The position numbers and the translations under genes are program-made. The notes beneath the pieces are model-generated. The model saw only the letters and a list, made by a program, of their open reading frames with translations, did not search any database and was not told the origin of the DNA. From Haliotis rubra (taxonomy: Eukaryota), in NCBI RefSeq assembly GCF_003918875.1, contig NW_025766092.1:1054001-1118000 (forward strand): DNA of 64,000 nucleotides. The letters are read 5' to 3'. Positions 1 to 15,400 of this stretch are shown piece by piece (within the stretch, counting starts at the first letter, position 1; each line of letters begins with the position of its first letter).

Positions 1-207
1 CATTTGTAGAGGCATTAATGTTTACGTTGATATACTGAACAACATAAGAAACGCACCACACTAAAATGCACCGACGATGCTCAGATATCATGGGTAGATT
101 TCAGTCTGGCGGGGATATTTCGTATGATATGGGTGGAGCGTTTCTTATGTTCTTCAGTATATTTTCACTCAGCTTGTTTTTAGAACATATTTCTCTTTCA
201 ATTTCAG

Positions 208-411
208 CCGATGAGAGGGCTGACTATAGTATTGACGAGGTCCCAATGTCCGTCATCTGGGCAAGGGGTCAGGACACTGGGAATTATGTGCATTTGCCAA
301 GATCGGGGCTGGAAGTTGGGCAAGCAGCGAATCCCAAGTACTACAATGAAGATGAGCTGAAATATCATGGACACAGGCCGAACAGGGGCGCTGCTACTAT
401 AAACTTCAGAG
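208..411 (+). CDS. Exon encoding the C-terminal part of a different DOMON-like domain
   Basis: Acceptor ttcag at 207. Translates ADERADYSIDEVPMSVIWARGQDTGNYVHLPRSGLEVGQAANPKYYNEDELKYHGHRPNRGAATINFR. Phase-1 end matches the next exon; donor gtcttt is weak. VIWARGQ...DELKYHG...RG...INF resembles, from memory, arthropod nahoda-like DOMON proteins. Confidence 0.7.
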
Positions 412-3400
412 GTCTTTACACATTTTCTGAACATTTGAACAAGTGTTTGTAATGCAATAGTTTACTCCGCGCTTAAGAAAGTCATTATCATTCATGGACA
501 TCTCGCGGAGGTTTGAACGGTTACATAAAAATATACATTTCAACTGTCTGTATATATGTGCGAAATATTGACAATATGGTATTATAAGTTTTTAAAAGAT
601 ACATATACACAGCTACAAAAAGCTCCAGGTTTGAACGGTTACATAAAAATTACATTTCAACTGTCTGTATATATGTGCGAAATATTGACAATATGGTATT
701 ATAAGTTTTTAAAAGATACATATACACAGCTACAAAAAGCTCCAGTATGATTCTTGACATTTATTCCAAGAAATATAGTCACCATTTATACAAGTATAGC
801 TGTATCCAGCTACAGATCTTTCTAGACTGCTAGTAATACTCATTTTAAGTTTATACTCTCAGGTCAGGGAGACAACTTGGCATGCTTCAGTGGCGATGTT
901 CTTTTCTTTTATGTTTAATGTTGAACGCTTAATAAAGTTTCCATCATGTTTTTGTAGAGAAGACAGAACTTCCAAGCGGATGCACCGGTCAGTGGCCAGC
1001 CACGTGCAACAACTGCCCCTACCAGGTGACATGGGTCGTGGACGTGGCCAACGACATGGTCAACTTCACGATCACCGCCAGGCTGAATGGGGCGAGGAGA
1101 TGGATAGGACTCGGATTCTCACCCACTGGGAGAATGGTAGGTGTTTTACAACCAAACATTTCTGTTAGTTACTAACGGGTTCGCGGACATAGTGAGTGAT
1201 TGATTGAGTGAGTGGGTGAGTTTGGTTTTAAATCGCTTTTAGCAATATCCCAGCAATATCACGGCTGGGGACACCAGAAATGGGCATCACACATTGTACC
1301 CATGTGGGGAATCGAACCCGGGTCTTCGGCGTGACGAGCGAACGCTTTAACCACTAGGCTACCCCACCAACCCTGTTCCCTGACATACAAAGTAACTCAT
1401 TATGCGTTACGAAAGAATATATAATCGTTGTCGGAAAGAAAACGGGATTCGTGCGTATACTGGGTACGATTAGACCCTAAAACTATTACATGTGATCAGG
1501 GTGCCGTTCCACTAACCGATCTTAGCCCTACGCCAATCGTAAACCCCTAAAGTCCCAATCTTAGCGTGACGTTACGATCGGCATACCGTTCCACCAACCA
1601 ATCTTACCCAAGTCAATTGTAAAGTTAAGATTCAAAGTCTAAGTTGCTCATGACCAACTTAGGATAGCTAAAATCAATCGTAGAGAAACCAAAATGGTGC
1701 CTTTCCTATTCTATGTGAAAAATAAGAGCGAGCATTTCACCGTCAGCGTCCCCTGAAGTCCCCCATGAAATGAATTTATTTCTGTGATGTAACCAAACAC
1801 TGCACCAGTCTGACCACTGTCGTCATGGGAAGACAACCGAGCGAGTCGGTGTAACACATTTGTACAACAATATTGCAACGTCATGGTTAAGAATATGAAC
1901 AATGTTCTGAAGCAAAAAGATACAAATATGTTTGATTTCACTGCGCATATTTGTAGGGGGATTCTAAAGGCAGGCCGCGTGTTATTCAAGACCACTGACA
2001 GATTCTACATACGTTATAGCCTCGTCACGCCATGTTTATTCTGATTGACAAGGTTCAGGCACACATTAAAAGCTCTGACACAATTGACATTTTTAAAGTT
2101 CAGACTTGTTCTCAGTATATTACTTATAATCTCGGCTGTAAATACTCTCGTGTAAATTATCTGTACACAGCGCTTTGAGCATGCCCCAGTATGTGGAATA
2201 GGCGCACTATAAATATGCATATATTATTATTATATTATGCCTGATACCCAGCGTTCGCACGCACTTGCACCTGAAACCAAGATGCTCACTACCCTAATAT
2301 TTTGCTCTAGGTTTTTTCTCCACGTTTACACTTGGTTGGAAAAATACCCATGAAGGCCCGGGTTAGAATATTGAACTTCAATAACCCATGCTTGTCGTTA
2401 GAGGCCACTAACGGGATCGGGTGGTCAGGCGTTCCACTAACCGATCTTAGGCCGATCGTAGCCGGTTCCGATCTAGCTAAAAGCATATTTGTATCTTTTT
2501 GCTTCAGAACATTGTTCACTTCATGGCTGTCCCTATTCTTTACCATGACGTTGCAATATTGTTGTACAAATGTGTTACATCGACTCGCTCGGTTGTCTTC
2601 CCATGACGACAGTGGTCAGACTGGCCTGACATTTGTAAGGCTTCAGTGCAGTGTTTGGTTACATCACAGAAATATACAAGATCATTTCATGGGGGACTTC
2701 AGGGGACGCTGACGGTGAAATGCTCGCTCTTATTTTTCACATAGAATAGGAAAGGCACCATTTTGGTTTCTCTACGATTGATTTTAGCTATCCTAAGTTG
2801 GTCATGAGCAACTTAGACTTTGAATCTTAACTTTACGATTGACTTAGGTAAGATTGGTTGGTGGAACGGTATGCCGATCGTAACGTCACGCTAAGATTGG
2901 GACTTTAGGGGTTTACGATTGGCGTTGGGCTAAGATCGGTTAGTGGAACGGCACCCTGGACGAATGAACATTGCAATGCAGTGCTAAGTTTTAAGGCAGA
3001 AACTCTTAATGTGCAGATACAATTAATTTACATCGAAAGAGTGTTTTAAATTGCACTACATGATAGCTACGTTGCGTGGGACGTAAGTAGCCGACATCCA
3101 ACTCAATCAAAATAAAGGGGTTGCTGTCTATCCGAGCTCTCTTTTGGTTTTGCATATATATAAAAACCAAAAACAGAATGCCTTTTTCTCCAACATGTTT
3201 CGTTCTTTACTCAGGGAGATTGTAGCAGTTACAGTATGACGTCATTACATATATATTGTGACGTCACAATAGGGACAACATTCTAGAGCGACAAGGTCAC
3301 AGCTTGCAATGGTTTAACATTGGTTTGAACTTGTCTATGAAGTAGTGTTCTTTTAAAATTCGTTTTACTTTGTCCGAATTTTGAACTTGATAAAAAGGAA

Positions 3401-6400
3401 ATATTGTAAANNNNNNNNNNNNNNNNNNNNNNNNNNNNNNNNNNNNNNNNNNNNNNNNNNNNNNNNNNNNNNNNNNNNNNNNNNNNNNNNNNNNNNNNNN
3501 NNNNNNNNNNNNNNNNNNNNNNNNNNNNNNNNNNNNNNNNNNNNNNNNNNNNNNNNNNNNNNNNNNNNNNNNNATTGTGAGTTTGTAATGGGATACATGA
3601 GTGTATCCTACATCATCTTCATCTCCATCCAGTGTTACGGGGGAGGTGGGGTAGCCTAATTGGTAAAGCGTCCGCTCGTTATGCTGAAGACCCGGGTTCG
3701 ATTCCCCATATGGGTACAATGTGTGAAGCCCATTTCAGATGTCCCCGCCGTGATATTGCTGGAATATTGCTAAAAGCAACGTAAAACCCAACTCACTCCA
3801 ATGTTACGACTGGATGCTTGCTGCTATTTCGTCCATGTCAGATGTTTTTTCCTCACTTTTGATATATACAATCTGTATTGTGAACAAATCATCAGCATCA
3901 AAGAGCTGGGTACAATTATTGTTTTTTGAGCAAGGTATTAATATTAGTTTTCCCTTCTCTACTTTTCAGCCTTCTTCCGACGCTGTGATCGGATGGGTGG
4001 ATGATTCTGGTGTTCACATTTCTGATAGGTACGTGACTATGACTGGAAATACTTGTGATGAGTCCAAGTTGCAATAGACGACAGGAACCTCGGCCCTGTT
4101 TCACAAAGCGGTCGTAGCGCTGAGGTGATCGTAACTCCCATACTTTAACCAAGCCTTACGATAGTCGTAACACTAAGATTGCCCTGAGTCAGAAAGCGAT
4201 CACAGCACTGTGCTCTAAATTCCAAGCTTTAACATACGGATGTCTTAGCCCTACGGTGGCTGTGTGGCGAAGTGATTATTGGCAGTATTCTCTTAAAGGG
4301 GAAGTGTACTCGCAAAACTCTACTTCTATCAAACAATACGGAATCAGTTACATTCAGTATTTGAAAATATATACTCTTTTGCGTACATTGAAAGTAGAAC
4401 GCTCAAAATAAGCATAGAAAAAATATGTCATTATGGGGCCTTTGTTTACAGAGGTAAACAGACCAGAGTTACCCCCCTTAGATTAGATTGGTGCCAGTTG
4501 ATTTTGTCCCAAAACAAAAGACATTAGAAGCGAAATTTTTAAACGATGTAGAAATTACGAGAGATTCATGCACTACAGATTGAACGTGTGTATTTTCATT
4601 CAAAAACCTCACTTCAATGATATACCAAATATGTATGACAATGTTGACGTGCGATGGCTTGATAGATCTAGTGCAGGTACGCTTGGATTTGATGATGTCG
4701 AATGGCGCCATTTGCTTATCATTTTGTCCGTCATATAGCAAGGAATATAAGCCGCGTTGTGTTTATTATAGAAATTTAACTCTTTGTACATGTGCAAAAT
4801 GAATGAATCGATACAATGAAAACAACCACTGTGCCATTAGATATTTGTGATATCTGTGTGCAGTATTGATTATGAAACGACTAGATAAACGCTGTAAACG
4901 TTAAAAAAGGTGCAAGACAAAAAGGTATATTTTCATATAAACGTGCCCTCTACGACCTCACATATGACCCCAGAATCCTCAGTTATAAAGCTTGTCGTGA
5001 TGGACAACTTAATGGACCGGCTGGTCAAGTTCGGTCGATTGATGACGCTCCATCATGCCCTGAGGTAATGATGGTGTTCATGCGTTAATTATGGTTTATC
5101 TGGTCCAGATTTGATGTAACTTGAATACCGATGTGTGCGGCGAAAAATAACCAAAATAATGTGGTGATGTTTTGGAAGTGTAAGTTGATGTGGACCGTAA
5201 TAATCCCTCTCTTTATGTATTATAGTAGAGTAGTGGTTAGTATATTGGCCTCTCACGCCAAAGGCCCGGGTTCGAATCCAAGTGGAGACACAAAAATTTG
5301 TGACCTGGGTCTCATACTGTGTTGTGCGCCTGGGCAAGGCACTTCGTCCTGAGAAGCGGATGTAGGACCTATACGGTCGCGCGAAGCGCTTAGTAGCTGC
5401 TTTGAAAGTACAATTCCGTCAGGGTGATAATGTAACGCCAGAGAACAGCATTGCATTGTATCATAGGTGCACAAATTAGCATTATTGTTATCATAAACCG
5501 TACACACAAAAAACCTCGCGTTTAGTCGCAACATTTGTTCGAGTTAAGCTGAAATTATTTAATGTAAATAGAATTTAGTTCGAGCTATAAGATTCCAGGA
5601 GTCACATGTTTTCTCTTCTTGAAAGATATTTCATCACATTTCAATAAATAATATAGGTAAACTTCCACAATACTTGTTTGATATGTTGAGATCCTATTCA
5701 AATCATTTACAAATATAAATTCCAGGTTCCTCACCGGATACAGTCCCCCGCAAATTGACGCAGTAGAGAACTTAGTGGGCACATCAGGAACGCTCACCAA
5801 TGGAGTTACTGAGATAAAGTTCTCCCGTAAAAGAAACACCGGTCAGTCTCAGGATTTCACCTTCACAGACACCGACACCGGGTGTCCCTTCTTGTTGTTC
5901 CCCGTGGGAGGGGCATATAACCCAACAACTCTGGGCATCTCCCAACACGCAGCCACGCCCCAGGTGTCCGCTCAGAGAATATGCTTCAGCAGCACATGTG
6001 CGGGTTCAGCCAGCAATGGCGGTATGTATGACAGTATATGACAATATCATCCATGGAAGTAAAGTTTATGTTACTGTGGGAAGCCACTGAATTCATTTGT
6101 TAGCAGTATAAATTTGGATGGAATGTATCCGTGTACGACAAACCTTCATCCATTGCCATTGCGTCGGGTATATTGAACATCCGGGTTCGATTCCCCACGT
6201 GGCTACATTGTGTTAAGCCCATTTCTGGTATCCCCAGCCGTGATATTGCTGGGATATTGCGTAAATCTAAACTCACTCACTGACTGACTCAAGTGTAGTT
6301 CAAGAAACACAAGCAACGGGTTTGTCCAGTTGGATGAAAACAACAGTATGCTTTTAACTATGAGCGTTTACCAGTAAGCCTTCATATGACACAAGCGGGA

Positions 6401-9400
6401 ATATTTCCCGTGTAACATGTGTCACAGCCTCGAGGTCTTCATTACTGTCATTCAGATGTGGGATTTTACTCACAATGCATCCATGGAGCAATGTTTATTA
6501 GATTTCCATCAGTTATACACGGTCTCGCTACTCGCTAGTTACCACAACACCATGCATCGGTCGTAGGTATTCAGCGTTCATGAAGCAATGTGGTATTTCC
6601 AAACCCGTAAAATAGTGACGATACTTACAAGTGTCATCATACATATGCGTTTGTACGATTTTGAAATGCTAATTATTTCAAGAGATGTAGGTAACGACAG
6701 ATACTGAGAACATATGCCTTCTTTGTCACAGCTCCTCAACCATCACTGAAGCTCGTCGCATCACTGCGCTTTCCAAATCTTCAGTATTCACCCCTATATG
6801 CCAACAAGTCATCAGATGCATTCAAGAACCTGAAGGGGCTATTGGAAAGAGAGGTAATGAAAATCAAATTAATTCTACCCTGTTATATAAAAACATTGCT
6901 CCTTTTAAACTAAAATTTACTTATGGTCATAAGGCAATATTGAAGCTCATAAAGTGTTAATAGAATTTGAACGCCCCACAAACTCTTTTTCAAAATTCAA
7001 GAGTCCATGTTCTGTGTACACGGTCTCAGACACAGAGAGCATGTGTGGATAAATTTGATCAAGTTAGCAAAATACAATCCATATGTCAGCAGAGAATTGC
7101 AATTAATGTTCACATCACACACAATTTTATGACAGTATAAATTACATCCCATAAACTTCTTCATATCTGCAGTAACAAAATTAACTACAATGATAATAGA
7201 AAGTAAATGTCTGACCATATGGAATTCTACTGACGCTGAGATCTACATCATTTTCAGATGAGCAAGCTGTCCAAACCTGGAACAATTGTAACTATTGAAG
7301 TTGTCAGTATAAGGTGTGTATAGCAAGTCAGCATAATACTCCATACTTGTCAACAAATGATGAGTACAATACAATGATATGAAATCTATGAAGTTTGTTT
7401 GGTACTTAAAAATGCATTCAGCAATATTCCAGCTCTAGGACCGCGGCCTTTAAAGAATCTAGTCTGGACCAGACAATCCAATGATTAGCATCATGAGCAT
7501 CGATCTTTGGAATTGGGAAACAATTATCCTGACCCCACGATCCGTTAGTGGCAAGCATGAGTAGTTGAAGATCTACTATAACCAGTATGTTGACTGGTCT
7601 CTTGGCCAAATTATCATTAGGAATTAAGACACCTTTGTTTATTTTCGTAAAGGTGTAATGTTAATATACCGTTTGATGAGCGTACATTAAAAGTAGTATT
7701 CTGTCATCTGTGATTCGAGGCAGATAAAGTTCCGATTGCAAGTGCCCCTTGTTGAAAGACATGGCAACATGTGATTATGTGACAGGGTACCCCGTAGACT
7801 GATGCTCATGCTGTTAACCACCGGTTTGTTCGGCATAAACATGATTATGTACCGGATGCACAATACCGAAGTCAACATTCACTCAATCACATGTAGATTC
7901 ATTGCTGAATCTAAAAAACGGAGAAATATCACGTCTTGACTCTAAATATAGTTTTGAGCTATTTAATATCGAAAAAAAATCATATAAAAGAATATATTAA
8001 ATACTGGAGTCATATGCAGGACGTTTATCATCGATTTCTTCACCAGATCGGGGAGTGTCATTGCTGATTTTGAGGTGACTTCCAACACTACAACCGAAGA
8101 CACCTTAAAACGTGACACAGAAACCCTCTTCAAGTCTATTCAGTCCAATGGCAGAGTGGGCGACTACGCTGTAGACCCTGCCTATCTAACAGTTAACAAT
8201 CCTGATAAAGAAGGTACGTATTATCTGTTTGTAAGCGGTGTACTGATTACATGAAACGGTACATTTGAAAATTTGATCAATCAGTGACAGAAATTATGTC
8301 CGATGCAGTTCCCTATTTTGACTTCTACTATACGTTCCCGAACATGTTTTCAGGTGAGTATAAGGCTTTGCATATGTTTATGCCGAGTGTCACCGGTGGG
8401 CCAGGATATGCTCAGCTTTTTGCGAACACCTGCAGCTGGTACCATTAGGAGATAAACATCATGTGTTGGCCAGTTTCCGGGTGTTATTGAGTATTTGAAG
8501 CACGGGAATTCATTTGGAACCGACGGCGTCAGGCCGGAGGTTTCAAATGGAATATTCCCGTGCTTCAATTACTCAATAACACCCGGAAATTGGCCAACAC
8601 ATGATGTTTATCGACATTGTAAACACAAAAGTAAACCAAAAGGTCCACTTATTGACATCGAGTACGGGTACAGCAGTGAAATGTCATCAGCCGGCCGTTT
8701 CGGCTGTCTCCCATGGTAGCATCTAGAACTGCTCATTTGTGACGTCATTCGGACTTTACGTCACAATATGATTTGAATGACGTCATCTCAGCTGACGACG
8801 TAACGATACAATGGTGTGAGCGATGTTTGTATGCATTAATACGCAGCGAATTTCCGGGAATCGAATACCATTTGATCACGTTTTTCAACCAGTCAGGTCA
8901 AAGAACACAGTGATTTTGGTTTACAATCACTGTTTGATAGTTTAAATACATGCTCAGTCATCTGAATGTAACTATCACTGGATTGTCTGATCCAGACTTG
9001 ATTGTTTACAGACTACGACGTAACTGTAATAGCTGCAATACTGCTGAATGCGACGTCAAACAAACACTGTCATGATAGTGTCATGAATTGCACAATAGAT
9101 TCTGCTTTTAGCATAGATTTCTTACGGATGTGGAAAGGGTATTGTCGTTTCTATTCCATGACTTTGATGATCAGACAGTTTACATGTACACATGTATAGT
9201 TATTCGCAATTGCAGCAGTGTTGAGATTCAGAATTGTCGTATCAACTATCTTCTTTAGAATACGTCCGCTTTGAACAATATTTTACTGCATGTTAGGCTA
9301 GTGTGGAAGAAATCACAAATTCTCACTGTCAGTGATAAATGGTTTGCCACCACCAAAACGTAGATGTTGGTTTTACTTTGTGATTTGCTTCCTCAATGTG

Positions 9401-12400
9401 AAGTTGCTCAGTAAAATATCCCAGACATACCGTTTAAAGTAGCATTAAACCAATTGCCTTTTCAGTTTGGATATAGACTTTACCTGATTTAGATAATGCC
9501 TTTTCTCGAATAACCGGTATTATCACTATTTAAAAGCCTATCATAAACACATGTTCATGATATGTTTTATCTCATACAATAGACTCTACTTTTAGCGAAA
9601 CTTTCTATCGAATATGTAAGGGGTTTCGTCGGTTTGATTTATTTGATTGAAGTTCGATAATGATTGATCAGGATACCTTTCGAATTGGTTGATACATCTT
9701 GGAATAATTTCCCACCGGTTGTAAGTTAGTGTAAGTAGCCCTCGTGTGTGCAATATACATGCAATTAACTTCATACGTTTCTTTTGAAATTATGATGCAT
9801 GATTAATCCGTTTCAATATCTGTTTTCAGAAACAGAGTTTCAGTTCATTGCCTCCCTGCGGTTTCCCAGTCTCACCTACACAGCTGACTATGCCAACAAG
9901 GGGTCGACTGTTTTCATGCTACTGAAGAACCACTTTGATAACGAGGTAAACGGATTTCTTACATATTTGTTATTCTGCACATATGACAGTAGAAGCATAT
10001 ACCTGCCAATCAAAGGTGACAGGTATGAAATGTAATTATTCATTTTCATCTCACCTTTGTTATAATTATAGATTTGCTTATTCAAGGTCAGTAACATACA
10101 TAGTATTCTACTTATATACTCATTTTCATCAAAGATATCGTTGAATAATTGTCATCACAGAGATGTTCGGAATACATTGAACAGATTTTCTAAAGTATTT
10201 TCTTAAAGCATAACACTAATAACACTTGTTCCTGGATTTAGTGAAACTGTTTCCCTTTCAGATGAAGGATCTGCTCAAACCCAATACTATAAAAAGTATT
10301 GAAGTTATCAATATACGGTAAGAGCGAGCATCTTTACACGGTGACACCTTCTGTAAAGTTACTTAAAGTACATAGTTAAACAAATTAATGATGGAGATGT
10401 TTTTGCATAGTGACACTTAAATAGTTACACCCATTTCTTGATTTGCTGAAGATAAATTGCTGTATTTGTCCCATCTTTGCTTCAGGAACGGAAGTGTTAT
10501 TGCTGACTTTGTAGTAAAATCAACATCAAGCGCAACGAACAATGAAACGTTTCAAGATGATGTGATGAACTTCTTCAAGTCTATCCGGACCATCGGCAAT
10601 GTTGCTGGATATGCCGTGGATCCTATCTTCCCCATAGTTGAAACTAGCAGCCAAGGTTTGTTACCGGTGGGGTAGGATGCGCTCACCTTTTTGCGAACAC
10701 CTGGTATCATCACTATTTCATAGTTATTGACAGTATTGGTTTGTTGGGTTGTTAGACGAGACACTCATCTTTTTGATAACACAAGGTATCATCACGATGT
10801 GGCTGTTATTCATAAAGATATATTAATATTATGATGTAGTTAGAATCGCTGAGAGGAATAACGTTTAGTAGCGCTTCCTTGTGATTATGGAAATGTTTAC
10901 TTTACACCATGACATATGCCTCAAATTCCAAAGTTATCTTGTTGCAAATACATACACTGAATTGAATGAAAGAAAATGATGAATGAAATTAGTTCATGTG
11001 TTTCGGACATTTGAACCTCATTTTGTTTCAGTTGTCTATTGTTACCAAAATACTTTGCAAATGTCAATTAATCTGCATTTCATGCAAGGACACAAACCTA
11101 TTCAAAGCCTCATCACATGCTTTTTTCAGAAGAACCTACAGAGATGCCAGAAGGCTGTATGGGTCAGTGGCCAGCCGAGTGTGACGATTGCAGCTACCAA
11201 GTGAAATGGGTCGTTGATGTTGCCAATGACGTAGTAAACTTCACCATTACCGCCAGGTTGGAGGGTCAGAAGAAATGGATTGGACTTGCATTCTCACCAA
11301 CAGGGAGAATGGTATTTAAGTCTTTGCATGTGTTATGATATAGTCCTTAATGTTGAAGGAATGTCATTACATGCCTACAGTTCCTAATTTTATCTAAGCC
11401 AGACGTGACCATACAGACTGATTTTTAAAACTCACATAATCGCGTATTTAAAAATATGTTTTTGTAACTTTTATTACGTAAATTGTTGTGATTGCATGCA
11501 TATATGTTGTATTTGATAACCATGTAACTTTGGTTTCGAAATTTATATCAAATTTCATTGCAAATGTCCAGAGGTAGTGCTACTGGTAGTCTCATTATGC
11601 ATGCCACAAAAGCAGGAAATACCTCAAGGACATGTATCACATAGCAATTATTTTACTGACGCTTCATATTCATTCATCATGCAGAGAAACTCGGATGCAG
11701 TTATCGGATGGGTGGATGGCACCGACTCTTATATCTCAGACAGGTATGAATTACTGCCATGGTAACATATGAAACAAATGGAACTGCAGCTGACATATAT
11801 TTTGCCATCGATGTACTTTGTCATAAATGTGAAATGTACTCCATGTGTTTACCTTCATAGGTTTTATTCTTGTATTGAACGTTGTAGCCTTCATTGTATT
11901 GAAACCCGTAAAGGTCCGGTTTATAATTGGTCTTTGGCAACCCGTGCTTGTCGTAAGTGGCGACTAACGTCATCAGTTGGTTAGGCCCGTTGACGTGGTT
12001 GACACATGTCACCATATCCGAAGTACGTAGATCGATTCTCATTCTGTTGATCACTGGATTGTCAGGTCCAGACTCGATTATTTACAGATCGCCGCCATAT
12101 GGCTGGAATATTGCTGAGTGCTGCCTTACACAACAAACAAACAAAAATGACCGTGAATACTTTCAATTCAGTTATTCATAATGGAAACGTAATTGTTTTC
12201 AGTGATTAATGTCCTTGTTTACATATCTAAACAATTTAGCCGTAACATGTTCATTATCATGACACATTCATTCAGGTAGCTAAACAGTGCAATGTACATC
12301 CAAAGGGGTAATATGATGTTTGATGTTTGATGCACAGATTCATAGTTGGCTACAGCCCACCTGCATTAGATACCGTGGACGACCTGGTTGGTAAAGAAGG

Positions 12401-15400
12401 GACAATGGAAAATGGTGTGACTGTGATAAGGTTCTCCCGCCCAAGAAATACCAGCCAGACTCAAGATTACATCTTCACCGACACTGACTGTCCGTACTTG
12501 CTGTTCCCTGTGGGTGGTGGCAACTATAACGCAGCAGACAGGAGTGTATCCAAACATGACATTACACCATCCGTGTCGGCTCAAAGAATCTGCTTCAGCA
12601 GTGCATGCGCCAGCAAAGGTACTCAGTGATGTTATTATACAGACTTTCTATATGTTACCACTACGAACACGTTTTGTCTCATATTATAAAAACTTCACTG
12701 TTTCGTTTTGTTTGTTTTAATTTCACGTCCGCAAACAATGCAAAGGTTTGTCTTGCTGAATTTAATAATGCTCCTCTTTATAGAACCCAAACCAACATAT
12801 GAGTTCATCGTCTCTTTGCGGTTCCCAAGTCTTCAATACTCACCCGAATACGCTAATAAGATGTCAAATGTTTACTTGCTACTGAAGGATACGTTTGATA
12901 AAGAGGTGAGACGACTGTGGACAGTATATGGGAAGTTGGGAAAATAGGAAGTTGGGAAAATGGGAAGAGAATCAAGTGGGCAGTAAACATTGGTGAACAT
13001 ATTTAAAACAGGAGGAATCGACCTCACCTACCTCAGAACGTGTATTTTATAGATTTGCTATCGTAAGACGCATAACATAGGTGATTGAGTCTTCAGTCCT
13101 TTTGTTACTGAGTATTCTGAGATGTGATTCTAACTATTGAGCTTGATTTAAACGACTACTTGTACATTCGGTATCTTGTTCAGACCTAGTTTTGATGAAG
13201 CATTATTATATGCTATACATCTACACATGAGTGTCCGTAATATTTGCTACTGTAAACGGAAAATAATTATTGAAAATAAATTAACTTCCATAACAGTGTG
13301 TATTTAACAAAATGAAAATGTAATCCTTTTCAGATGAAGGACTTACTGAAACCCAAAAGTATCCAAGGTATTGAAGTAATCAACTTTAGGTAAGGGGCAT
13401 TTCTTGTAATACTTTAAGTGTATTTGTCTGTTTTTCATCACCTTTCTTGTACAATGCATACACAAAGAAATGCACAGTGTACCTTTACAGACAGACAAAC
13501 AATATGTTTTTTGTCAAAATTACTTAGCATTATGCAAAGACACATTTATTATACCATGACATTTATTTTAAATATACATTTTTATGAGAAAAGGAACTAT
13601 GAAATATTACAGCCTTCAAACAGTCAGTTATTTTCTTTGTTTCGAAATTAGGGAAAACTACCAATGTCTAATGTGATCTATTACTACATATGCCTCTATT
13701 TTGTTCAATCTCTCATTTCTCTTCCAGCAATGGAAGTATTATTGCTGACTTTCTGGTAAAATCGTCCCAAAACGCAACGAACAATGAAACCTTTCAAGGC
13801 GATGTAAGGACATTCTTCAAGTCTGTTAAGGTTCTTGGTAATGTTGGCGCTTATCGTGTGGATCCTTCCTATCCCTTAGTCAGGTCGGATGTCCAGCCAG
13901 GTTTGTCATTTTTCTCTGATATATAAAAAATAAAATGTTTAAAATGAATGTTCAAGACTAGATTAAGACCTATATCCTTCTACCATCACTGAATTAGAAA
14001 GAACAGTTTTCATCCAATATGTGCGATGAAGGATTCTGTGTTATTAATAACAAACATTACAATGAAATTAATCCATGAATTTAGTTCGAGGTCAGTCCCA
14101 ATCTGTCCAGTAGTAACAATTGAACCATTCAACTGTACATTTGTTTATGTTCACGATTCCACGAAGAGGTTATTGAAGTCTCTTAAATGTATAGGTCCAG
14201 GCAAGCACATTGAAACATATGTCATTAAAATATGCTTCTATATTGTCTTTTTAGAAGAACCTCCAGAGATGCCAGAAGGCTGTATGGGTCAGTGGCCAGC
14301 CGTCTGTGACGATTGCAGGTACCAAGTGAAATGGGTCGTTGATGTTGCCAATGACGTAGTAAACTTCACCATTACCGCCAGGTTGGAGGGTCAGAAGAAA
14401 TGGATTGGACTTGCATTCTCACCAACAGGGAGAATGGTAGGCCTAAACTATTGATGTCCATGTGTTCAATATAACCTTTGATGGTATAGATATTGATTAC
14501 CTGCATTTACTGATGTTATATTCTATGGGATGAGATATTTAATATCATTGCTACTATTCAGGGATAATTTTGCTACAAACGATGAATATCCTAAACCTAA
14601 ATTCCAATTCTTGTAGCAAAGACCATGTTACACTTGTAATGCTGATTCTTTGCAGAGTAACTCGGATGCAGTTATCGGCTGGGTGGATGGTTCCAACGTT
14701 TACATCTCAGACAGGTAGGAATAGCTGACATGTAAACTTGCCCGACTGTAACAATGTAAGGTTTTGTGTTTTGATCAGGAGAAATGTGGTATTCAAGTAC
14801 TAGACAAAACAAGGAATGGCACCGTATACAATATTTTTCCGTTCAAATGAGAAGAGACTATGGTAATTATATAATTCACGAGAGGAAGTATTCTACATTG
14901 ATACATAAGATTTGATGATACTATTTCAGCCCAATCGGTACAACATTGTCATGGTCATGTTCATATAAATCAATACAATCATGCTCCAACCATTTCAGGT
15001 AACTTAGTTTTCCTAGTAGATTGTAAAGACTAATATGATGTATGTTTTACCTAGATATATAGTTGGCTACAGCCCACCTGCAATAGATACCGAGGACGAC
15101 CTGTTTGGTAAACGAGGGACAACAGAAAATGGTGTCACTGAGATAAAGTTCTCACGTCCAAGAAATACCAGCCAGACTCAAGATTTCACCTTCACCGATA
15201 CTGACTGTCCGTACTTGCTGTTCCCTGTGGGTGGTGGCAACTATAACGCAGCAGACAAGAGTGTATCCAAACATGACATTACACCATCCGTGTCGGCTCA
15301 AAAAAATCTGCTTCAGCAGTGCATGCGCTAGCAAAGGTACTCAAAGATGTTATTCTACAGACTTCCTATATGTTACCACTGTTACGGTTAGAGAATTTCT

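Noticed and set aside
3297-3719. ORFs spanning N runs (also 43866-44178)
   Set aside because: Artefacts of assembly gaps.
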